A stretch of 64,000 nucleotides of DNA from Parcubacteria group bacterium (GTDB lineage Bacteria > Patescibacteriota > Minisyncoccia > Phycocordibacterales > Phycocordibacteraceae), in assembly GCA_028286615.1 (NCBI GenBank), contig JAQBRG010000002.1:31235-95234 (forward strand), given 5' to 3'. Positions 20,140 through 29,515 of the stretch are shown here, piece after piece. Numbering within the stretch: position 1 is the stretch's first letter; every line of letters begins with the position of its first letter. The notes under the pieces were generated by a model. It had not been told where the DNA came from and searched no databases. It worked only from the letters and a program-made list of their open reading frames with translations. Both the position numbers and the translations under genes were made by a program.

Positions 20140-21881
20140 TGAGTCTTACATCTACAAAAAATCCGGCAGAAGAAGCAGCACAAGCAGCCCTTGATGCTGT
20201 ATATAGATGTATCACTGAACGCAAGAGCTTTATCCTCGAGGCAGGCGCAGGTGCAGGAAAAACATATTCGCTGATAAAATCTTTAGAGTTTCTATTAAAG
20301 AATTCTGGTCCAGAACTCAGAAGGCGACAGCAAAAAATAGCCTGTATTACTTTCACAAACGTTGCAAAAAACGAGATAGAATCGAGAACAGATAAAAACC
20401 CTATTATTCACTCGGATACAATCCACGCCTTCTGTTGGTCTTTAATTAGGAATTTTCAGCCAGAATTGAGAGTAGCATTACCATCTATAGGTAAATGGGC
20501 TGAAAGAATGACTGTAACCGAGGTTACAGATCTTGGATTAAGAGAAGTTGTCTATGACTTGGGATATCCTTCGATTGAGGAACATCAGATCAATCTGTAT
20601 CACGACGACGTGCTTGATTTAATTGTTACCCTCTTAGAAAAGCCAAAGTTTAGAACTTTTTTTCTTAGTCAGTATCCAGTTTTATTTATAGACGAGTATC
20701 AAGATACGAATAAGAAATTTGCAGACGCAATTCAAAGGCATTTCCTTGGGAAAGATGAACCCATACTGATAGGTTTTTTTGGAGACCACTGGCAGAAAAT
20801 CTACGGTGATGGTTGTGGAAAAATTGAACACGAGAGTCTGGATATTATTGAGAAGAATTCAAATTTTAGATCTGTTCCTGCCGTGGTAAACGTGCTTAAT
20901 GCCTTAAGGCAGGAACTTCCGCAAGAAGTCAAGGATCCTGACGCAGCAGGAACTGCAGCAGCGTATCATACGAATAATTGGGCAGGCGTTAGACGTACAG
21001 GCGCTCATTGGAATGGTGATGTGTCGTCGGAAGCAGCACATGCTTATCTCCTGAACTTAAGAACTAACTTGATAACACAAGGTTGGGATTTCGATCCCAC
21101 TAAGACTAAGATATTAATGCTTACACATAATGTGCTGGCTGAAGAGCAAGGGTACAAGAACTTCGCAGATGTATTTGAGAGAAATGAATCGTTTATAAAA
21201 AAAGAGGATAAATATGTTGCTTACTTTGTTGATACTCTCGAGCCTTTATGTGCTGCTTACGAAAATAAGAAGTTCGGGGATATGTTCACAGTTCTTGGTG
21301 GACGTAAACCCTTAATGATTACTCATCAAGATAAAATAAAATGGTCTGAAAGCATGAATGGACTTATTGCACTTAGACATACCGGTACAATAGGTCAGAT
21401 AGTTGAATATATTAGAGACAAGAAATACCCACGTTTACCAGAGGTTCTGGAGCGTAAAGAAAAGGAATTTGAGGATTTTGTTCTAGAGGATGGAGCTGAA
21501 GAACCTAAGAGTATTGGACGGCTTCGCGCACTTAAGAAGATTATGTACAAGGAGGTAATTTCATTTGCGCAATTTAGCAATGCTTATACTCCATTTGCGA
21601 CGAAACACAGTGTTAAAGGTGCTGAATTCGAAAATGTCCTCATTGTCTTGGGTCGTGGTTGGAGTCAGTATAATTTTGATCAAATGCTTACGTGGATGAA
21701 TACCACGGTTCCTGTAGATAAAATAGATACGTTTGAGCGTTCAAGGAACCTCTTTTATGTTTGCAGCTCTAGACCAAAGAAACGGTTAGCGCTTCTCTTC
21801 ACTCAAAAACTTGAGGATTATTCGCTCGGAGCACTAAGCACATTATTTGGATCTGAGGTCCATGCTTTACCTAATATTTAG
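20139..21881 (+). CDS. gajB: UvrD-like helicase, Gabija GajB-like
   Basis: EAGAGAGKT, IDEYQD, FGDHWQKIY, HSVKGAEF; TAATG overlap with the OLD gene. Confidence 0.85.
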   Translation: MSLTSTKNPAEEAAQAALDAVYRCITERKSFILEAGAGAGKTYSLIKSLEFLLKNSGPELRRRQQKIACITFTNVAKNEIESRTDKNPIIHSDTIHAFCWSLIRNFQPELRVALPSIGKWAERMTVTEVTDLGLREVVYDLGYPSIEEHQINLYHDDVLDLIVTLLEKPKFRTFFLSQYPVLFIDEYQDTNKKFADAIQRHFLGKDEPILIGFFGDHWQKIYGDGCGKIEHESLDIIEKNSNFRSVPAVVNVLNALRQELPQEVKDPDAAGTAAAYHTNNWAGVRRTGAHWNGDVSSEAAHAYLLNLRTNLITQGWDFDPTKTKILMLTHNVLAEEQGYKNFADVFERNESFIKKEDKYVAYFVDTLEPLCAAYENKKFGDMFTVLGGRKPLMITHQDKIKWSESMNGLIALRHTGTIGQIVEYIRDKKYPRLPEVLERKEKEFEDFVLEDGAEEPKSIGRLRALKKIMYKEVISFAQFSNAYTPFATKHSVKGAEFENVLIVLGRGWSQYNFDQMLTWMNTTVPVDKIDTFERSRNLFYVCSSRPKKRLALLFTQKLEDYSLGALSTLFGSEVHALPNI

Positions 21882-22026
21882 CTTGAATTAGATAATTTGC
21901 AGCAATTTCTCTTTGCGTCAAATCCGAATTTCAAATGATTTCGTATCATACAAAGTATCACTGTTGTTTCTCGAGTTACCGAGGCATCAAGTCATAAGTG
22001 CAAAATTGCGCTAAGATTGCCTCTAC

Positions 22027-22830
22027 ATGAGGCTTTTTATTACCGACGACTGTAATGTAACGTGGGATCCGAAAGTTGATTACTTTCTCTACGGCGGCAT
22101 CGTTGTGCCTGATTCGGAAGCACGAGTACTTGCCGAACAGCTTCTTACCCTCAAGGCAGGAGCCGGGATTCGGAAGGAGAGGCCAGTTAAGTGGAGTAAT
22201 AACAAATGGAAGGGTGAAGCTCTTTTTAATGAAAAGATTCATGCAGCAATAAAAAATCAGGTATTGGACTTGGTGCGTTCATCGGGTGCGAGGATTATTG
22301 TATGTGTAAGCCCGCAAGGTTTTTATCATACAGGCACAATGAAGGGAGAAAAGGTACGGATGGCAATTGATGTTGAAACGCAGAAACGAACACAGCAGTA
22401 TGCGCTTAATGACGTTGTCGCTAAATTCCACTCTTATCTTGAGGAGGTAGATGATCAAGGCATGATCCTTGCCGACAAGTTCGGTCAGGGGGTTAAGGCT
22501 CACATGGACGAGCACTGCATGAATTCTTTTCCTAGGGGAAGAACTCCTACGCCACGTATAATTCATCCAATAATCCAGCTTGATAATGAGGAGAGCCATC
22601 TGCACCAGATAAACGATGTTGTTCTGGGATCGATTTATTTCTCTCTTCGAGAAATGGGTTTCAACTTTCTGCCAGCGATTCGTGACAACTTCTGGATGCG
22701 AGAGGTGGGGGATTATTCATCTATCCTCTACAAAGGATTTAATATATATCCTTTAAGACCCGCTAAGCGAGGCCTGGTTGCAAGTAACCAAGCACTAGAG
22801 CAAAAGTTTAATCGTCTAATTACTGTATAA
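22027..22830 (+). CDS. DUF3800-like (RNase H-like fold) protein with variant motifs
   Basis: MRLFITDD..., FLYGGIVV, ILADK, C-terminal HQINDVV (cf. the family YxDES...QxAD pattern). Confidence 0.55.
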   Translation: MRLFITDDCNVTWDPKVDYFLYGGIVVPDSEARVLAEQLLTLKAGAGIRKERPVKWSNNKWKGEALFNEKIHAAIKNQVLDLVRSSGARIIVCVSPQGFYHTGTMKGEKVRMAIDVETQKRTQQYALNDVVAKFHSYLEEVDDQGMILADKFGQGVKAHMDEHCMNSFPRGRTPTPRIIHPIIQLDNEESHLHQINDVVLGSIYFSLREMGFNFLPAIRDNFWMREVGDYSSILYKGFNIYPLRPAKRGLVASNQALEQKFNRLITV

Positions 22831-22843
22831 TTTAAATAAAGTT

Positions 22844-23167
22844 ATGAATGTCATAAGGGGAACACTTCATCGAGACAATTCAAGAGATAGTTACTGGTCC
22901 CGGATTTTGCTGAAGTCGTCTGAGAATAAAGGCGAGACTTTCGTATATGTATGTGCCTCGTATGAGTATTTAAATTACACATTAAATATTAAGACACTTA
23001 CAGATGAAGCTCTCCATGGATGGGTAGACGACGTCATCATCGAATGGACTGCAAAGGGAGACTCTATTTTTAAGAAACCTTTTCATATAGATGTAAAAGC
23101 TATCACAGAAGAAGGTCGTTTAAATGGTCTGGCATATCTAAGAAAGGAGGTAGTTCCCGCTGTTTAA
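22844..23167 (+). CDS. Hypothetical protein in defence island
   Basis: 107-aa ORF 13 nt after the DUF3800-like gene. Confidence 0.6.
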   Translation: MNVIRGTLHRDNSRDSYWSRILLKSSENKGETFVYVCASYEYLNYTLNIKTLTDEALHGWVDDVIIEWTAKGDSIFKKPFHIDVKAITEEGRLNGLAYLRKEVVPAV

Positions 23168-23235
23168 TATTTATCTTGTCCACATTTTAATTTCAGCATT
23201 TTCTTAACTTTATTTTAAATGGATTTAAGCCATAT

Positions 23236-24129
23236 ATGAGAGACTTTGTCTCTAACGCTCAAAATATGGAAACTGATATAATATTCTCAATGCCCGCAAG
23301 TGCCACTAACCGAATAGCTTCAAAACTCGAAACTGAGCCATACTTCAAAGAGAAGGATTTCTTGCTCTATAACGGAGACTCTATAGAGCTTCTGAATCAA
23401 ATGCCAGAAGAGTCTATAGATATGGTTTTCGCAGATCCTCCCTACAATCTTTCGAATGGAGGGTTTACTGTACATGCTGGAAAAATGGTAAGTGTTAATA
23501 AAGGGGATTGGGATAAGAGTAAGGGATTCGAAGACGACTACGATTTTCATTTTCGCTGGCTGCAAGCTGTACGGCGCGTATTAAAACCTCACGGAACCTT
23601 ATGGGTTAGCGGAACATACCACTCTATCTATCAATGTGGCCACGCGCTGCAAGCGCTAGATTTTCATATTCTGAACGATATCTCTTGGTTTAAACCGAAT
23701 GCGTCTCCCAACTTAAGTGGACGTTTCTTTACTGCTAGTCACGAGACAATTATCTGGGCTAGAAAGGAGAAAAAGGCTAAACACATTTTCAACTACAAGT
23801 TAATGAAAGAAGGGAACTGGCCAGAAGATGCTCTTAAGAAACCAGGCCTTCAAATGCGATCTGTATGGTCTATGGGAACTCCAAAACCTTCTGAAAAGAA
23901 GCATGGGAAGCATCCTACTCAGAAGCCGATAGATCTTCTTAAAAGAATTGTGCTATCAAGCACAAACGAGGGCGATGTCGTGCTTGATCCTTTCACAGGC
24001 AGCTCAACAACTGGTCTAGCTTCAATTACGCACGGACGCAAATTCATAGGTATTGATCTCGAGAAAGATTATCTTGATCTATCTATAAAAAGATATAAAG
24101 ATATCAACATGAATCCAAACCTGCTCTAG
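23236..24129 (+). CDS. DNA amino-methyltransferase, beta class (DpnA-like)
   Basis: DPPY motif IV preceding DPFTGS motif I; HPTQKP; SNGG...VSVNKGDWDK; start uncertain. Confidence 0.9.
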   Translation: MRDFVSNAQNMETDIIFSMPASATNRIASKLETEPYFKEKDFLLYNGDSIELLNQMPEESIDMVFADPPYNLSNGGFTVHAGKMVSVNKGDWDKSKGFEDDYDFHFRWLQAVRRVLKPHGTLWVSGTYHSIYQCGHALQALDFHILNDISWFKPNASPNLSGRFFTASHETIIWARKEKKAKHIFNYKLMKEGNWPEDALKKPGLQMRSVWSMGTPKPSEKKHGKHPTQKPIDLLKRIVLSSTNEGDVVLDPFTGSSTTGLASITHGRKFIGIDLEKDYLDLSIKRYKDINMNPNLL

Positions 24130-24131
24130 TT

Positions 24132-24932
24132 ATGCCCAAGAAACCATCATGGAAAGAAGAAGCTTGGGATACTCTACTAAAAAAGCTTTGGGACAATCGA
24201 GCTGAAGGAGTTACTTCTGTTGTGTATACAAAGGCTGATTTAAATCCAATTCTTTCGCAATACACACAATCTGGTCAAGGAGAGATACGAATATTCAACT
24301 CAAGTTCGAACGGACTCAATGCCTTAAAGCTTAGAGGTGTTAAGAAAATTCCTCTAACGAGAGATAGTTGGAGAATTGTTGAACGACCAGCAGCTATTGA
24401 ACTAAATGAACCTTCTGAAGGTGGCAAGTTTACTGCACAGCAAGAATTAACAGCTGGAATGATAGCGGGTATAGATGAGTCTATGCGTCATCGTTCTAAT
24501 CCTGGCGAGACAACGTTATTGGCTATAGCTAATCATATTGGAATAATTGCAGACTTTTACAACCTCAAGGACAAGGGGGTTTTGTTTACTGGAGGTAGAC
24601 AAAAAGCCGGTATTCATTTGGTCGTTGGGGATGCTGAACTAGACATGACCAAAGCTCAGATAGAAATCGATGGAGGGTTTGAATGGCGAGATAGTGTAGT
24701 AATTGCCGAAATGAAGAGCTCGTTTAAGCAAAAAGACTTCGACGTAAACCAAGCTCTTATTCCTATGCTGAAATGGCAGAAGTTACTTGTTGCCAAGAAA
24801 GTCTACTCTTTAGTTATGTTGGCTCAAACTAATAGGACTGGTATCGAATATTGGGCATATGATTTTGCGCATGAAGGGAAAGGTATTGGAATGAAAATAT
24901 CAAAGAGTAAAAAGTATCTTGTTGAAATATAA
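24132..24932 (+). CDS. Putative type II restriction endonuclease (PD-(D/E)xK)
   Basis: QIEIDGGFE...IAEMK core; directly downstream of the methyltransferase. Confidence 0.7.
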   Translation: MPKKPSWKEEAWDTLLKKLWDNRAEGVTSVVYTKADLNPILSQYTQSGQGEIRIFNSSSNGLNALKLRGVKKIPLTRDSWRIVERPAAIELNEPSEGGKFTAQQELTAGMIAGIDESMRHRSNPGETTLLAIANHIGIIADFYNLKDKGVLFTGGRQKAGIHLVVGDAELDMTKAQIEIDGGFEWRDSVVIAEMKSSFKQKDFDVNQALIPMLKWQKLLVAKKVYSLVMLAQTNRTGIEYWAYDFAHEGKGIGMKISKSKKYLVEI

Positions 24933-25473
24933 GTACGAAGTACGAGAAAGCAGTCGAGCAAAGCATGTACGTATAACCGTCCGTGAGAATGGGCAGGTAG
25001 TTATAACTAAACCAAAGAGAATGCCTTCATCGAAGGTAGAAGCTTTCGTTGCCAAACATGCGGACTGGATTGAAAGGGCGCAAGAGCGAATAGAGAAAAG
25101 AAAGCCAAGGCTTCCTAAGGAACAACTTCCACGTATACGTCGTAACTCGAAAGCATATAAAGAAGCTCAAGAACAAGCTCGTACTCTCGTCACAGCCCGC
25201 CTCATACATTTCAATAAGGTCTACAATTTCACATACGGCACCATATCCATACGTAACCAAAAGACTCGGTGGGGAAGTTGTTCAGCAAAAGGAAACCTTA
25301 GCTTTAACTACCGTATAGCTTTTCTTCCTCCAGAACTGGCAGACTACATAATTGTGCATGAGCTCTGCCACACGAAAGAGCATAATCATTCGCCTCGCTT
25401 CTGGGTAGAAGTAGCTCGCACTATCCCAAACTATTTAGCCTTACGAAACCAACTTCGAACCTATAGATTCTAA
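24919..25473 (+). CDS. YgjP/SprT-like (M48/DUF45) zinc metalloprotein
   Basis: QKTRWGSCS, YIIVHELCH, NHSPRFW. Confidence 0.9.
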   Translation: MLKYKYEVRESSRAKHVRITVRENGQVVITKPKRMPSSKVEAFVAKHADWIERAQERIEKRKPRLPKEQLPRIRRNSKAYKEAQEQARTLVTARLIHFNKVYNFTYGTISIRNQKTRWGSCSAKGNLSFNYRIAFLPPELADYIIVHELCHTKEHNHSPRFWVEVARTIPNYLALRNQLRTYRF

Positions 25474-25530
25474 AGAGTAAACAAAGGCCGCTCGAGCTGG
25501 GGCTCGAGCGGTTTTGGTATTAACCAAGAA

Positions 25531-26106
25531 TTAGTATCGACGCCAGGCTCTTTCAGAACGTTTCTCGTAGATGATGGTGCGCGGATCTTCGCACACCGTC
25601 CACTCTTGTCCCGCCTCTTTTTTCTCAAACCGCGTTCTGGTCTGACTATCGTTGGATTTGAAATAGGCCAACTTGTCGTTGTGGAAGAGTTGGTGGCGTG
25701 GGAAAGTGCCGTTGAGTTTCACCAGATCCTGGCTCTCCCAGAGCACAGTCTCAATTGCAGTAGAGCCGCGCCGTTCCAGAATCTGTGTAACGCGATAGAA
25801 AGGAAGATTGGCGACCTGATCCAAAGCGTCCTTGTAGTTCGCATAGAGTCCCCACGGCCTTGCCAGAGACCCCTTTGCATTGGTGGCGATCACGAAGGCC
25901 AGATGGTCGCCTTTAATTGGCGTTAGCTGCCCCTCGGATGGGGGAGTCCAGCGTAAGCCGGGACTCCTTGCAACAAACGTCACTCCTTCGCGCAAATGAA
26001 AGAAAAGGTCTGCAACGTGCCGACCCTCTACTTTAATAAAGCCGAAGTTCTTCCCGTCACCCGCAATAAAGCGAGAAACGTATCCTGTGTCGAATTTAAA
26101 GGACAT
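25531..26106 (-). CDS. Cold-shock (OB) domain protein with unknown C-terminal domain
   Basis: KNFGFI and DLFFH RNP motifs in the N-terminal half; GAGGT SD. Confidence 0.65.
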   Translation of the reverse strand: MSFKFDTGYVSRFIAGDGKNFGFIKVEGRHVADLFFHLREGVTFVARSPGLRWTPPSEGQLTPIKGDHLAFVIATNAKGSLARPWGLYANYKDALDQVANLPFYRVTQILERRGSTAIETVLWESQDLVKLNGTFPRHQLFHNDKLAYFKSNDSQTRTRFEKKEAGQEWTVCEDPRTIIYEKRSERAWRRY

Positions 26107-26212
26107 GTTAACCTCACTTCAAATGGGTTGTTTGCTGAATGTATTTAAGCACGTATAAGTACATACGTCAATAAACAGGGAGATTACGAGTCTTTGTCGT
26201 AAAATGAATGTA

Positions 26213-29179
26213 ATGGCATCAAGCGCAGCATTCGACGAGGCATACAAGAAGCTCAATAAGGAGCAGAAATTGGCCGTAGACAGCATAGACGGCCCTGTCT
26301 TTGTAATTGCGGGACCTGGCACGGGAAAGACCCAGGTTCTCACCCTACGCGTTGCGAACATCCTCCAGAAGACCGATACGCCCCCAGACGCTATCTTGGC
26401 CCTCACCTTTACGGAAAGTGCCGCTTCCAATATGCGAGAGCGTCTCTCGGCTATGATTGGCGGCACAACCGCCTGGAAGGTCCGTATGCACACCTTCCAC
26501 GGCTTTGCCGAGTCTCTTATCAGCCGATACCCAGATGCCTTCCCAAGGATTGTAGGAGGGCAGGTAGCAAGCGATGCTGAACGGGCTGAGATTATTGAGG
26601 CCGCCATACTCACAAGCGAAGTTACGCATCTTCGTCCCTATGGCGACCCTCTCTACTACTACCGTTTCGTTAGCGGTGCTATTCCAACGCTTAAGCGAGA
26701 AAACGTAACTCCAGAGAAGCTGCTCGAGCGAATAATAGAAGCTGAAGCAGACTTTGAAGCTATTCCAGACAAGTTCAATACAAAAGGAAAGTACGAAGGG
26801 AAGATGAAAGGAGATTTCTTAACCCTTCAGAAGAAGATAGAAAAGACCCGAGATCTCCTTACGGTATATAAAGCATATGAAGCAGGACTAACCGCACGCA
26901 AGCGCTACGACTTTGATGATCTTATTCTTGAAGCAGTACGAGGCTTAACCGAAGACGAGAACCTTCGTCTCCAGGTACAGGAAAGCACGCAGTATGTGTT
27001 AGCAGACGAACATCAGGACGCTAACGCCGCACAGAACGCACTCCTTGAACTCCTTACGGACTACGACGCTCGTCCCAATCTCTTTATTGTGGGAGACGAG
27101 AAGCAGGCTATCTATCGTTTCCAAGGAGCAGACCTCGATAACGTGCACTATTTCCGTGAACGCTTTACCGACACGAAGATAATCGCACTCATAGAGAACT
27201 ATCGCTCAACCCAAAGCATTCTCGATACCGCCCTCTCCCTCATTGTCGCGTCTCCAGACGAGCGTCTTTCTCGCGCTCCCTTGGTTGCTAAGAGCGATGC
27301 AAAGGCGAGACCTATAAGCGTTGTTGCGTGCGAGACTCCTGAACAAGAGGGTGCAGAACTTGCTACACGTATTAAAGCTCTAATAGAAGAAGGAACTAAA
27401 GCAGAAGACATTGCAGTGTTTGGGCGCACCAATAGCGACGTTAGTTTCCTAGTAGAAGAACTTAAGAAAGCAGACATAGCCGTGAGTGCAGGAGGAGAAA
27501 CAAGCGCGCTTAGGAACCGTTACGTACAGGCGCTCATACGACTCCTTAAAGCCATTGCAGAACCGAGAGACGAGAATCTTATTGGCATAATGACGCTCCC
27601 CGCATTCCCGCTTTCAGCTGCAGATGTGTGGCGCGTTATGCAGTATGCAAAGAAGGAACGTATGCCCGTACTTTCTCTTATGCGTTCTCCTGAGAAACTA
27701 AAGGAAGCTCGCCTTGGAGACGAAGCCGCAGCACTCGCGCTTGGTGCTCTTATAGAACAGCTCGTACGTGTAGCAACCATAGAGCGTCCTGCTGTTGTAG
27801 CTGAAGAAGCACTACGTCTTTCAGGTATTCTTCCTCGTATCCTTGGAGCACCAGACCGCGCAGAATCCCTAGCAGCTATTCGTGCACTACTCCGTACTCT
27901 TGAAGACCTTTCTCGAAGGGAGCACGACGCCATGCTCGCGCGTTCCCTCCAGATCCTAGATCTATACGAAGAAAGGAATATCTCTCTTACAGGAGACGTA
28001 ACAGAAGCTCCTGGAAAGGTTAAGGTTATGACCGTACACAAAGCAAAGGGAAGAGAGTTCCTCTACACCTTCATTCCTCGCCTCACAGAAAGCAGCTGGT
28101 CTACCCGTTCCCGTCCTGAGCATTTCCATCTGCCAGACATTCTTTCAGGAAGTGCAGAACTTGAAGACGAACGCCGCCTCCTCTACGTTGCTATTACGCG
28201 CGCCAAGAACCACGCAACCATTTCATACGCTGCAACTCGTAGCGACGGACGTGCTGACGCACCTTCTACGCTTCTTGAAGATCTAACAAAAGAACTGGTC
28301 CAAGAAGAAGTATCAAAGGCTACGTACGAAGACCCGCTTCTCACAGAACGCACCCCGAAGCGCGAAGGGAACCAGCCTTCCAAAGACGATCTTGAAACTC
28401 TCAAGCACGCATTCATTTCTCAAGGCCTTTCAGCAACAGCTCTCAACAACTATTTAGAATGTCCCTGGAAGTATTTCTATGTGAACCTGCTGCGTATTCC
28501 TGAAGCGGAGAACAAGTTCATGCTGTATGGAACTGCTGTGCATGCGGCTCTCCACAGATACGCACTTGAACGCAAGAAGGGCATAGATATTGGAGCGGAG
28601 GGACTTATCTCTTCCTTCACCCACACCCTTACACGTTCTCCTCTCTCAGACGCTGAACTCAAAGAACTCCAAGCAAAGGGAGAACGGTCTCTAGGACTAT
28701 GGTGGGAAGACAGGCACGTGAGCTGGCCAGAGCGCACTGAAGCCGAGCTTGCTGTTGAAGCCAAGCTCAAGCTTACAGACGGTACGGAATTTACAGTTAA
28801 AGGAAAGCTAGATCGTATAGATGAAACGAGTAACGGAGCGTCAGTTGTGGACTACAAGACTGGAAAGCCTAGAAGCCGCAACGAGCTTATGGGAAATACC
28901 AAAGAAGGCGACGGCAATTACTATCGCCAGCTCGTCTTCTACAAGCTCCTTCTCGCACATACTGAAACTCCTCGCGTTATGCAGGACGGCATTATTGAAT
29001 TCGTAGAACCAGATGAGAAGGGAAGAATACGTACTGAACTGTTCCCTATATCAAATGAGGCGATGGATGAGCTTGAGGCTCTTGTTAAGAAATCTGCAGA
29101 AGAGATACTCACTCTTTCGTTCTGGAATGAGCCGTGTAACGAAGTTGCGTGTCCGTGGTGCTCGATTCGTTTCAGTTAA
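26213..29179 (+). CDS. UvrD-type helicase fused to a PD-(D/E)xK Fe-S nuclease (AdnB/AddA-like)
   Basis: AGPGTGKT, DEHQD, GDEKQAIY, TVHKAKG, YVAITRA; GKLDRID, DYKTG; one plus three Cys (ECP...CNEVACPWC). Confidence 0.9.
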   Translation: MASSAAFDEAYKKLNKEQKLAVDSIDGPVFVIAGPGTGKTQVLTLRVANILQKTDTPPDAILALTFTESAASNMRERLSAMIGGTTAWKVRMHTFHGFAESLISRYPDAFPRIVGGQVASDAERAEIIEAAILTSEVTHLRPYGDPLYYYRFVSGAIPTLKRENVTPEKLLERIIEAEADFEAIPDKFNTKGKYEGKMKGDFLTLQKKIEKTRDLLTVYKAYEAGLTARKRYDFDDLILEAVRGLTEDENLRLQVQESTQYVLADEHQDANAAQNALLELLTDYDARPNLFIVGDEKQAIYRFQGADLDNVHYFRERFTDTKIIALIENYRSTQSILDTALSLIVASPDERLSRAPLVAKSDAKARPISVVACETPEQEGAELATRIKALIEEGTKAEDIAVFGRTNSDVSFLVEELKKADIAVSAGGETSALRNRYVQALIRLLKAIAEPRDENLIGIMTLPAFPLSAADVWRVMQYAKKERMPVLSLMRSPEKLKEARLGDEAAALALGALIEQLVRVATIERPAVVAEEALRLSGILPRILGAPDRAESLAAIRALLRTLEDLSRREHDAMLARSLQILDLYEERNISLTGDVTEAPGKVKVMTVHKAKGREFLYTFIPRLTESSWSTRSRPEHFHLPDILSGSAELEDERRLLYVAITRAKNHATISYAATRSDGRADAPSTLLEDLTKELVQEEVSKATYEDPLLTERTPKREGNQPSKDDLETLKHAFISQGLSATALNNYLECPWKYFYVNLLRIPEAENKFMLYGTAVHAALHRYALERKKGIDIGAEGLISSFTHTLTRSPLSDAELKELQAKGERSLGLWWEDRHVSWPERTEAELAVEAKLKLTDGTEFTVKGKLDRIDETSNGASVVDYKTGKPRSRNELMGNTKEGDGNYYRQLVFYKLLLAHTETPRVMQDGIIEFVEPDEKGRIRTELFPISNEAMDELEALVKKSAEEILTLSFWNEPCNEVACPWCSIRFS

Positions 29180-29187
29180 AACAATAA

Positions 29188-29218
29188 GAAAAACCGCCTG
29201 CATTGCAGGCGGTTTTTC
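29188..29218. terminator. Bidirectional terminator
   Basis: aaaaaccgcctgc-att-gcaggcggttttt between convergent genes. Confidence 0.8.
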
Positions 29219-29227
29219 TTTAACTGC

Positions 29228-29455
29228 TTACGCAGCTTCTCGCTGGTCAATAGCAGCCTGGCGCTGCATAGCACGTTCTTCCTCTGGAGTCTTAGCAGTA
29301 CCTACTACGTTACCGAGTGAGTCTCGTACGATTATGTTCTGCTCAGCCATAGGAACCACGTTCTCTGCGTCCATACCCTCAATTGCTCCTTCAGGAGCCT
29401 TGGGCTTTTCTTCAGATTTGAACGCGTTACTAATTTTATCGAAGGGATTTTCCAT
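29228..29455 (-). CDS. Small hypothetical protein
   Basis: Natural-looking 75-aa ORF ending at the shared terminator. Confidence 0.6.
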   Translation of the reverse strand: MENPFDKISNAFKSEEKPKAPEGAIEGMDAENVVPMAEQNIIVRDSLGNVVGTAKTPEEERAMQRQAAIDQREAA

Positions 29456-29515
29456 AGAGGTATCTAAGTTAATACGCAATTATTTTCCCATGTATAGCGA
29501 AAATATCAAGTAGGG

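Noticed and set aside
17894-25530. Defence island as an integrative element or prophage
   Set aside because: No integrase, transposase, tRNA or flanking direct repeats seen by eye
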